A DNA stretch of 64,000 nt, from assembly GCA_964057225.1 (NCBI GenBank), contig OZ059896.1:17856001-17920000 (forward strand), read 5' to 3'. Origin of the DNA: Auanema rhodensis (lineage: Eukaryota; Animalia; Nematoda). Made by a program: the position numbers and the translations under genes. Of this stretch, positions 14,701-27,119 are shown one piece after another. Below the pieces are notes generated by a model. That model was given only the letters and a program-made list of their open reading frames with translations. It was not told where the DNA came from and did no database searches. Every line of letters starts with the position of its first letter. Position 1 is the first letter of the stretch.

Positions 14701-17700
14701 TACATTTTTTTTGTCAATTTGATCTGTCTTTGAAAACATGTTGTTTCTAATTGTTTTGCAATAAAATGAAGAAGAAAGTATTAAATGAAATGAAATTGGA
14801 TTAGTAATCTAAGTATGTTTCAAATTGTTCGTAACATCTTCATAATCTCAATTCTTTTCTTTATAATTAGAGCGAAAAAGAAAAATAATGAACTCGTAGC
14901 ATGTGCCACGTGCCCGATCGTCAGCCATATTTCAAATTTTAATGTATTCGACGCTTGTCATCATTAGTCTTCTAACATTCTAGCAGACTATTCTAGACAG
15001 TATGTTGTTGAAGCATTCATTTTCTTATTTTCATTTTCAAGATTATAATTCGTTTTCCTGTTGTGTCATTTTCTAATTATTTGGATAAGAAGAAAATTTG
15101 TAATTGAAATAGATAATATGAAAAAGAGAGAGAGAGAGAGTAACAGGAGAGATAGATAAATGCAAATGAGATTTTATGCTGATGGAATAATGATTGGATG
15201 ACAATACACACATCTATCGAGATACAGTTCGTGTGCTTATTGCTTTGAGAAATCTTGAAAAACGTTTGATTCTCGTCAGCTTTATTACAACTTTTTCAAT
15301 CTCCCGAATGCTTGAACGTTGTGTAATCAGTACTATGTTATTAACATCTTCATTCTCATTGTTCTTCATGTGTCCTCTTGCGGATATACTGCTTATGTGT
15401 GTTTCTGTTCATATTTGCAATTTCTTTTTCTTCTGATCTTGATGATTGTGGGAAAACTGAAACTATTAGACAGTCAACAGACGGATATGGAGACTGTCGG
15501 ACTTTCTATCATCAATCGCCTAGACACAAGTAAAACCATCATGTTTCTAATGTGTTTGTAGTGAGTCTATGGCTAGTTTGAATTGACACTAAAATCTGCA
15601 GGCGATTTTGAAATAATTCTAAAAGGGGATTGTACAGATGTAAAGAGGTATGAAGCATTCTTTCCAGAATAATAAGAAGAAGATACAAAGGTAAAGAGAA
15701 AGAGAAGGGGGGGAGGGAGGGATGAAACAGTGCCGGACGGAAAGATGAAGAAACGGCAATTGATAGAGAGAGAAAGAGGGAAAGAGAGAGAATAAGAGAA
15801 AGGTTTAATGGTTTAATGATTGTTAGTGGGTATAACTATGAATTCTGAAATGAAAACTGTCATCAGAATAGCTGTCATCGTACATCCTTTATGTATTATG
15901 TGCATTGTAATCTATTCATCAATTGGAAATGGTAATGCTTACCACATCTTGAGATCTCCAACAACAGTTTCATCTCTCGTATATTCTCCTCCCACTTACT
16001 GTCACATTCATTCTCGCTTTATCGTTACGGTATATCCTTTGCAAGACAGTTTTCTTTGAATTTTCAAATCTGAATAAGTGAATTAAGCGTGATTTCTTAT
16101 ATTTCTTATATTAATATATGTAACGTATATTATATTTTTTCTGTTCGAGTTTGTCTCTTGTTTAACATTTTTCCTTTTTTTTCCACTCAAATGATTATTT
16201 TTTTCACATTTTCATGATTGCCTCTTTGTTTTCATATATATCTATTTTTCATAATTCATATAAAATAGGAATATTATCCAAAGCTATGCTTTTGGTTCTT
16301 CTAAAAGTTTTTGTTTTTGAAACATTGGATGCATTTTTGAGTTTTTTTTCCGTTCATCGTAGCGTTGCTGATCTATGGCAACAACTCGAACTCTGACAGA
16401 ATGAAAAAGCCTTCATCCTATTCTTTGCAGTTCATTCTATTCTCTTCATACCTCCCAGACTTTTCTTTATTTCATAAAAGTTCAGTTTTATCAAAAGAAT
16501 GAAGAGATGAACTCAGCCAAAAGTCTTCAGTCACATCCGGCTGTTCCAGATGTTTTGATCGTAATGAAAGAAACATTAACCATCTACATTTACAAAATTT
16601 TCAATAATATACAAGTTATATATTTCAATTTGCGTATATCGTACTGGTTTCTCAATCATATCATGCTTACATCACCCGTATTTACATCAATTTCTTGAAC
16701 GTTTTCTCTAATTCTCTTCATTTTTTCCAAATATTAGTTATAATATGTCAATATATATAATATATAATTAAATTTTCTTTTTCAGGTTTTCAATTCCACG
16801 ACGATCTCTAACTACTCCTTGTGTTAACGTACACTCATTTCGATGCGATTCGTCTATGCTCTGTAAGACAATTTGGCAAACAGCTATAGCACAACATCGA
16901 TTCTACTTAGAGCAATCAACTAATGTGAGTTTACTTTTACTTTTAACTATTCAACTCCAAAAAGAATTTTATTGATGGACTCTCAATCGATATTATAAAT
17001 AATAAAATATATAGTATACAATACTATATTACTATATATCTAGTGCCAGATAATGATATTTGTTTTTTTTTTCATTTACCTTTATCTCTAGCTTTTTTAA
17101 TCCTTATGACCTTGCGTGATTAACTACTACGGCTTCTGCTTATATACTGCTGCTTTCTCTTATTTTGCCATAATCTTTGCGGTTACTCTCTTCATATCGC
17201 TTAATCTCTCTCTAGCCCCCTCTCGTTTTTCAGCGTTTTTTTGATTTTTTTCTATGGCTTCAATATAAAATATATTCAGAAATTGTAGCTCTTATTATAT
17301 GTTTCCCTATAATTTACATCTAGATGACCTAATATGCTAGTCACAGATGTAAATTAACTAGAATATCACGTTATTACCTTTTTTCCTTTTTCTCTGTCAC
17401 TCTCTTCCATTTGTATTTTCTCTTTGTCATAAAAAATGCAAACGAATCAGTACTAAACCCCAAATTTCAACCTGGGCGACATTATCCAATGCTAAGGCTT
17501 CATCTCGCTAAACCTTCTTTCTCTGGCCAGAAGCAACGTTAGAACAGCTTAGGTTTCTGAAACGTGCTGTTCATAGGTCTTGTGTTGTCCTCTCCTTCTT
17601 CCGTATTTCTTTTCTCGCTCATTGTCGCCATTTTCGTCTCAGATGACCGTCCAGCAATCTTCAAGGCTGTTTCCCATTATTTTTTCCTTGAAAAGCTTAC

Positions 17701-19786
17701 AAACTCATCATCCATGCTTTTCCTCCTTCTAATCTATTCGTCCATTTTTTTGCTATAATTCATACGAATTCAACATGATAAATCTCTTTTTCGTTTTAAA
17801 TACCGATAGATTATTCTCAGTTGTTGTCGTTCAAATAGTTGATTCCATCATTTCACCAACTTCAGCATAATTTAATAATATAATATATTGTGTAATTTAC
17901 ACAGCACAGTACAAATTTTCAATATATTTGACTTATAGCTGGTTCTCTCATAATTACCTTGATATCATTTGATTTAAAAAAAAAACAATTTATTACTCGT
18001 CGCTTGGTAATTATTTAATTTTCTTCTTTCTGCTTTTCTGCAGTTCGTCTCTTTCTCATCTGCTATTGCTCATCTACCTCTATCTTTCTTTCTCTTTCCC
18101 TCTTTTTTTACCTCTCTATCTCTATTTTCTTGAAGAATTAAAAACAAAATGAGAGCTGGTGCCTGTTTTTCGTTTTTCACTTTTCTGATTCTTGATACTT
18201 CGCTAAGCACAATTTCACACCTCGACTTTCATTTATAATATATAATATATATATATATATTTATGTTTTACTATTAATTATATAATTTTTTATATAATTT
18301 TTCAAACAATTTGTTTGTAAAATTACACAAATTACAAGAAAATCAGCTGCTATTCTGCAGCAAAAAAAAACATCAGAAGACTCAAACGCATTCACGTTCG
18401 TCTGTATCAACATATGATTGAAATCAGTGAATTTCCAGACATCGAAGTTCTGTATTATCCAACAAAACGTGAAATACGAATTGTTTCATCATGATGTATG
18501 TATATTGACTTACTAAAATATTTTAACTTTACTCTATATACGATTGCCCTTTGAAACAGGTTCCTTAGAGAATGAAAGAGATGAATAACGGACTGATGGA
18601 GAGTAGCATAAACGTTCTATTTGAATTCTTTAAAGTCAAATAGGTATTAGGTCTCCAAATCGATTCATAGTTATCACATTTTTGACCAAAAAATTGATTT
18701 TAGTTTTCATTTCTCATTCACAACTGCTATCTCCTTCAACTTTTCCTCATACATTTTTTTGTCTTGAATTTCGGAATAACTGAGGCTATAACACATCACC
18801 AGCTATCAATGTTCATGATGACACTTCTTCTATTCTCTATATCTATTTTCATCTTTTAAAAATAAAATATTCTCTTCTAATATTACGGAAATTTGAAGTT
18901 AAATCATGATCTAGTTATCGAAACTGAACCATAGCTCAATCGTCTATATATGGGGTGGTGAAGATAACTAAGTCGTAACGAAGATGTTGTGCAGATTGAC
19001 GTGTGCCAATCAAAATCGGATGGATGGCTTTTTCTCTTGGTCAGTCAGACTTTTGGTTCAAATCTGTCTTCACTTTCATGTTTCTCTCATTCATTCATTC
19101 ATTCATCTACGCATTTCAGCTGTTTTTTCATTGTTGTTCAGCGCATCTTTTTGATTTCATTCAACTTGTCAATTGCATCATTGACGTCAATATGTATTCA
19201 CGTTAACAAGCTTAATCTTTGATTTTGCCATATTCAATAGATCTTACTCGATGAGCGGTAATGCTCACGCAAACAACTATGATTCGGAATGACAAGTCAA
19301 TCACATTGGTCTAATTAGCCTCTGGCTATCTTGTCCATTTTCCTTCCTCCTCATCTCAGACACTGTTCGTCTTTCTTCAACCTATTTCCTTCGGCCCGTT
19401 TTGCCCTTTTGCCTTATCAGATCTATTAATCGTCCACGCACTTCTATAGTCTTTGCCTTTTGCTTCCTCGTTTGCCATCATCATCATCGTTAAGATACAC
19501 GTTTATTGGTAAATTTTATAGATTTCAAAACTTTCTTTCTCTCTTTTACTTTTATATTTTCCGTTCACTATATTCATTTTATGAAACATTTTGAACATTT
19601 TCTCGTCTTTTCTAGATTATCCGTAATACATAGACTATTAGAAATTTTAAATTTTTTTTGTTCTTTGTCCATGTTATGATATCTCTTTTTGGTTTTTTTT
19701 ATTATAACATTTAGTTTAGGCATGAAGTATCATTAAGTTGTTTCAAATGAAATTGTGTTCAAACCTCACCTCCACCCCCCCCCCCT

Positions 19787-19820
<34 letters not shown>

Positions 19821-22800
19821 GTTATTACTCTCTCTTGATACTCTTTTTAGCTTAAAAATTTACATTCTCTATAACCATAACAAGACTTTCTCGTTGAAAT
19901 TAATGAATCGTGACGACGACTATGTTATAGTCACATCTGCAGCAGTTTCACCTCATTCATTCTCTCACTTCATCTAACTATTCTCTTCTTCTTTTATAAA
20001 ATTTGTTTTTTTCCCTCTTCAACTTTAAGAAAATTGGCTATTAGCTATTACATAACATCACTTTCATCAGTAGTCTTCGCAGCATTGCTTACTAAACAAG
20101 GGTGAAAAAACGGAATATTTTATTCTATTTCATCTATCTTATGTTCAGCTTTGTCGGCATTGAATCTAAAATTTCTTAAATCCACCCTCGATCATTTCTC
20201 AAAACCTCTCGTCGGCCGCTTTCTCCCTCGATCTCATATGAGCATTATGTGCTCATAATTCCAACGTCGTCGTCGTCGTCGTCGTCGGATCGGCTTTCTT
20301 CATCATCATTGGCCTCATGACTTGATGACTGCGATGAACCATTAACTTCTCTCATTCACAGACTATTATTGATATGTTTGTGTCAGATTTTCTATAAGGG
20401 AACACGTCTATAAAAGATCGAAAAAGTCCTTTGATCTTTACCTCTCAATAGTCGCTGTCATCGTATTCATAGCTTAAGTCATTTCGCCATACCTTATTTA
20501 TCGTTTCAGCCATACCCTTACGCAACTTTGTTTTCCTATTTAATGCTCTTTCTCATCAGAACATGAGCACTATTGACAATACCGTTGAATGATTTTTGAA
20601 TTCGTACTATTGAGTACAAGTACAACATGCTATATATGATTGTCGTTCAACTTGTAAAAGCAGACGAACGATGATCGAGAAATTCAGACCATTTCCTAGT
20701 TTTCTTTGTATTAATGAAGAAAAAACCTTGAAAGTACAATTTACTAACTATAAATGATAAATATAATATAATTAGTTGATTATTCACATAATTATCAAAG
20801 GCTTATATGTTTATCTATTCATCATTTAATGTCATATAATTACTATCGAAGTTCATTGGAGTTGTAATCTATTATCAACAGTGAAAGTAAAGGCTACTGC
20901 CTGTACTATTGAATTTACAACCTCAGCCTGGAAGTAGTCACATCACAGTAACTTGTCAATTTATGAATAGCAATCGGTAGAATTCACAATCCTACTGGCA
21001 TCATATGTTTTTAAATTTTCATGCTTTTGTTGAGTATCAGACAAATTTTGCACTTTTGATCTTTTGATTTATTCTTCTGTTGAAACATACACATACCCTC
21101 AATTATGAGATTTTTTTCTTCTTTAATAATATAAAGTATCTCATTTACTTATTAAGCATTGAATCTAATTAGATTAACATATTGACTGTCTGGTTAGTTA
21201 GTGAACTCATTTACCGTACTCATGACGTCAGCCCCCCCCCCTCCACTTCATCATCATGCTGGGATATGGATTAAACATGATGGAACTGACTTGAGTTAGG
21301 ATATTCATACCACATATGCTTAACTATATCTGCATAGTTAGTATATCTTTGCACTAGTTTCTTGACCTCTTACATCATACAGCATAAGCTAGATCCATAA
21401 GCATTAGTTCTAATTTGCATAAACAAGTGGACGATTGCGACAGTCGTTCTGAGGACAACACAGTGATGCGGATAAGCAGTAGTCTCACTATCCCGTTCCT
21501 TCCACTTTCACAGACCACTTGAATGAGCTGAAGATGAAAGTTGAATCTTATTCTCTAATCTGACTCCTCCTTTTGCTCCACCTACGTTCCAACTGAATCT
21601 AAATACCTATTTTGAACATGTATTTAATATCTTTCTGATGTTGTCTATGATAAACTAGCGCCACTATCTCTGTTGCTACTACTACTACTACTGCCACAAC
21701 GTCACCTGACTGCTAGTAGCAATAGCTAGACGCCTTAGTATTGCTGAGTAACGAAACCTTCTTTTTCCACCCTCTCTACTCTTCTAAGCTATGCCTTGGG
21801 GACAAGCTATTGCTTCTGTTGTCGTTAGAAAAAACTCAGAATTGAGTCGATTCAGCATTATATAGTTAACTACCGGCTATCTTGATAGATAACAATCCGA
21901 TGGCTTTGTTGATTATTTTGAATTTTCGGTTGAAATATTTTTTTTGGAAATCATATTGAAAAGTAGAAATGGTTAATACTTTATTGAAAATTTTTCCCTC
22001 TGAGACCTATATTTTGGTGAAATTGAGATTAGTTTACTTATTTACTTATAAGAAAAATAAGAATAAATAAATAAACAAGTAATATAGAAAATAAATTCTA
22101 ATTTGAATGACTATGATGCTTGTGGGCTGTTGTCAAGTCTAGTTGTAGTTGTAGTACCATGTCGCACTAGTTCATCCTCATACACAATGGCAAACAGTCT
22201 CATTGTTTCTCATCATCCTATTTGATATTTGAAATCTTATTGCTATTGTTGCTTTTGGCACTTCAAATGAATTTGGGTATCGGATAGGTGGCACGAATTG
22301 CTTTTCATTCTACCCGACGTCGACAGATTCATCAGATGAATAGAATGTATGAGATGATCTAGAGAGACCTCTTCTCATTTTGATTACTTTTGCTTCTTTT
22401 ATATGAAACAATGTTTTTTTTGTCTTTTACCCTCTCTCTCTTTCTCTCTCTCTTTTTCTCTTTTTTCTTAATTTTCTTTAGCCACCTCTTATTTTTTTAT
22501 CCTTTTGGTCAAACCTCTTCAGTGATCTTTTCATCGAGCTTTGAATGTGCAGAGGGGATAGCTAGCAATAACCAACCTGAAAAATCTATTCAGCTGTCTC
22601 ATCCCCCATGTCATTCTTCTTATTTACTTGTCTGTCTTTCGTTTTTTTTTGTTGAAAAAAAAATTTCTTTTTGGCTTATTTTCTTCTCATGTTAAGATGA
22701 TTACTTATCCTAATCTGTTTTCATATGATATTTACGTGGAACATTCTACGTTTTGACTTCTTATTTCAGTTATTTGGCTGCAGATCTAGTCGGTTGTCTC

Positions 22801-24982
22801 ATTTTCGTTTGTGGCCTTTTTCCCGATTGAAATCTAATTTCTGACCACCACTTCAAGTTTGCCATTGCTCCGTCGTAACCTACATTAAGACTTCTTTGAC
22901 CACAATTGTCTTGTGCTGTGAATTTCTTTTCATAGCATACAAGTCAAGATACAAGTAAACTCTTATAGCCTACCAGAAAGCCATCATCAGCTAGATATTC
23001 ATATATACTACCGCTAGCACAATACCTTGTGGCATTTGTCTTTTCGATTCCAGCTTTTTTATTTTTTTTCCAACTTTCCCGACTCTGATCGAAGTAGGAT
23101 GTGAAGCAAATAATTCGGTTGTTGCTATTCTGTTGACATTCGATTTGGCTTCCGACCAGCACCAGCACCACCATCACCTCTCCCCCCCCCCCTTACCCCC
23201 ATCCTTCTCATTGTCTGCTTCTCCTCCCATCATTTTCGTCAACTGTCTCGTATTCTTCTTCTCATCTCTACTTTTTTTTCCTTTTTCGGACTCCTTTCTG
23301 TTGTCCTCACTCGCTCCATCTCCCACCTCGATATTCGCATCAGTGTCGTAACAGCTGTTTAACAAATAGGAAAAAAGTGAACAAACGTCAATATTCATTT
23401 ATATAGAGTTCGTTTGAGTAGGTGTTTCATCTCATTTCCTTGCTTATTGTATGAGATTCTTCTGGAAGTTTTTTGTGTGTCCAAGTTGAGGTGAAGCGAT
23501 GATGGACGCCTTCACTTCACTTCACAACATAAAGCCGAAATACTGGTGTTTGATGTTCAAGTAGTCATTGCTCGTCGTTCCCGTTGTCATCGCATGTCTA
23601 TTGGCCTGTTTCATTTTTTTTTGTTATTTGTACGAGCCAACTAGCTGACTCGGATGTTATTTCTTTTGATTATCTCATGCTGTTCCACAGTTTATCTAGC
23701 CGCCTTATGCTTGTTACTTCCTTCAGATTTCTTAAAACACTACCGCGTTGGCAATGTTTTCAAAATGTTTCAAAAGTTTTTTTTCATTTCTATGAAACTC
23801 GTGCTTCATAGCACTCCACTCTAACTACTCAAACTATCATCTTAGCAAAATAATTTATATTTTTTCCCTTTAATTTTGTTTATAACAATCCCTATATGCT
23901 TGTCCTCAACCATACTGTCCCTAACTATCTAATTAGCGACTACTCCAGCTGACAGACAATGGAGTAATTATGCGCTGATTAGGTAATAGGCAGCGGTTAG
24001 GACACGCTTAGGTTGGTTCAAGCCCTCAGCCTGTTCATCTACGTATGTCCCATCATATACAGTCTGTCTCATCTTAAGGTGTCTTTGTCTCTCCCCAATC
24101 CACAAGCTCTCTTGTTATATCTCATGCTAATACTTCTTCACGTGTCTAAGAAAAGAGTAGTATGTGTATGACGTCATACATTAATCGTTTCTTTCTCTAC
24201 ACATATGATTAATGAATGGAAATGTGAGATGTCCACATACAATCAGGTATACAATGCTTGTTTGTGTCCTTATTAGCCTAATCAACATTCTTTGAAATTG
24301 TGTGTTATGATGAGAAGTTGTGAAGACTATTACAAGTGATCGAATTTCTCATCTCTTCTTTTTTGTTGCTGCTGATGGCTATTCAAAGCCATTTTTTGCA
24401 GTTTTGAAAGGCGATCCCAAGTTGCGCAGTATTGAGCTCATTTTTCAGTTAAATTATACGTGCTTGTCATACAAGATTTTATATGTAACAATAACTTTGA
24501 AAATGCTTATTATAAATATAATTAGAAGAAATAGACATATGTTTAGTAGATGATAATATGCTAGCTATATGCATATAGTTTAAATATTTTAAGAATCATG
24601 CTATTACGTATGAGGAACGAAATTACAAGATAAATCTTATATAATATGACAAGAAACGAGAAATCTAAATAGTTTTAATACAAGCTCAAGGTCCTCCGAA
24701 CAGGCATTCATCCGGAAATAACTGAATATCCTCTCTCATCATATGTGTCCTCAACCTTTCAGCCTTTCTTTCCTCAAATACTCTTCCTTTATCTGTCTCT
24801 CTCTGCACTCTGTGGCCTTATTTTATCGTTTTCTTCGATATTCCATGTGAGGATTTGTAAAGTTACATACCGTGACTTTGATTGGTTAAAAGCTATTGTT
24901 AGTCAAGCAGAAAAGATGAGGTTAGAAATAGAAAAGAATGCATACATACTCACACATAGAGAGAAGGAGGGAGAGAGAGAAG

Positions 24983-25018
<36 letters not shown>

Positions 25019-27070
25019 GAGAGAGAGAGAGGAAAGAGGGAGAGAGGGTACGAAGTATAAATATGAAACTGATAATATAGCTTGATAAGACTACAGCTTT
25101 ATGATACAATCATTATAATGTCTGTTTCACTTTCTACATTAAAGATCAAATACGAGTATTGTATTGAACTCCTATCTTCTCTTAATATATAAAATTAATT
25201 AAATAATAATACAACTAAAGAATCAGTAAGCAAATTGTTGATAAATGGCGACATTCGTGTTTCTTATTGAATAATAATTTCCGAGAAATTGCTCTTTTTT
25301 TCGTTTGTGACTAAACGAATTATCTGCTTATAGTTAGCTGCCGCACTACCCAAGCTAACTAACTAACTGGCAGATGAGTTCACTGTTTTAACTAGTTGAC
25401 TTTCGGAGTCAACGTACCTCAGCTACCTACTTCAGCTTGCTACAGCAGCCTTACTATGAGTGGCATATAAGTATAAGTGACTCAGCAGTATATGTCTTTG
25501 TCAATATTGCCAACCCCTCCTCGTCCCCTATAATTTCTCTCATGAAACTATTTTCATTTGACTAGCTGTCTGTCTATCTATCTAATGGTTATTTTATTTT
25601 CTGATCATTGAAACTGTATGTTTAAAAGTTTCGAATTTTATATATATGGAGTTAAAATGGGGGACTGAGACGGCAAAAGAGAAGGAAACTTAATTTGTTT
25701 TTGCAAAAAAAACGGAAAAAACGACTTGTAATAAGGCCAAATGCAATGATCACAGCCTGATGCAAAAGGTGTTTCAGTGTATGTGTGTGCATGTGATGCT
25801 AGGAGCCTTTGAGATTTAAATTGTTCTGAAAAATCTTTTGCTCTGACTGTGTCTTCTCATCAATTTTGGGATAATGTTTGTGTTCATTGTTCTATTTGTT
25901 GTTCGACTTCTCGTCGCTCTAATGCTTTTCCCTCTTGCCTATCCTCTTGGTCTCCTTTTCTTTTCAACTCCTTACTACACTATCTATTTCCTTTTCCCAC
26001 TTTCCTTGTTGAGTCGTCGATGAAGCACGATGGGAGGGATGAGCCCAGAGGTATAGAGGGCTGACAAGCAGATGAGTCCCGTCATCTCTTCGCTACTCTT
26101 ACTATCTTCTCAGCATTTCTTTCGATTTTACTCTCATTCGAACCTTTCTATCTCGCTTGTTCATTGCTTTTCATCATCTTTCTGTGGGAGCTTGCTCAAA
26201 GTTGATGATAGAGCGGTACACATTAGTTGAAGCGATGCTTCAGAGCATTATAGAGGACATTGTATAATCATTGGTACATACAGAAGGACGGAGGTGAAGG
26301 CTCAGAACATTGAACGCTGATCGACGATGCTACAGTGATGTTGGAGACCACATTGAGTGCAGGGCTAGGAAAGTATGCTGATGGAAAGAGAGAGAAACAG
26401 AGCGTCGTACTCATCAACCTTTTACCATCAGAAGACTTAGACGAAGGCGACGACAAATGGAGGGAATAGAAAAGACAAGACGGATCATAAGAGGCAGCGA
26501 ATTTATGAGAGGATTAGGTCCCGCCACGAAGGTGAACACCACGAGGACATTGACAAACCGATTGTGCTGTGCCTCCTCATCTTCAACGGTTGTCTCTCTG
26601 TATCCTGTTCCCTCGAACGGTCCTGAAGAACCATACAATCTATTCCAGTTGTTGCTGTCTTCTGAATCGCCTATATCGTATTTGCTGCCTCTCTCGTTCT
26701 TCCTCAGGTCTTCATTTATCCTGAAACGAGTGTCAACTTCATCATCATCATCTAGCTTATATTTCATTCACAATCGAAGAGTTCTTCAAACTATTCTTCA
26801 AACTATAATTATTTGGTCCTAAGGAGAGATATATTTGACAGCAATGACACTATTCAGTTTCTGTATTGAGTAATGTTTCTGATATATCTCATCAACTAAC
26901 TGCCGTACATCGTCGTCAATCTAAAGTTCAGCCACTTTTCACTAGAAAGATCAACGGTTCTCCAATATTATACAACACTATACTTTTCATTACGCCTCAG
27001 GCTCTTCGAAAGAAATCAATTTTTTCTTAAAATGAGCATATATCATCATCGATATCAACAGGTTTGTCTC

Positions 27071-27119
<49 letters not shown>

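Noticed and set aside
23980-24035. tRNA-like A-box (GGCAGCGGTTAG) and B-box (GGTTCAAGCCC)
   Set aside because: The box spacing of about 28 nt is too short, and the T-stem, anticodon stem and acceptor stem do not form.
26268-26822. Overlapping 60-120 aa ORFs on both strands in a GC-richer patch of the FRMD4 intron (possible nested gene)
   Set aside because: No recognisable domain, no consistent splice sites, and stops interrupt the most protein-like frame. More likely regulatory DNA.
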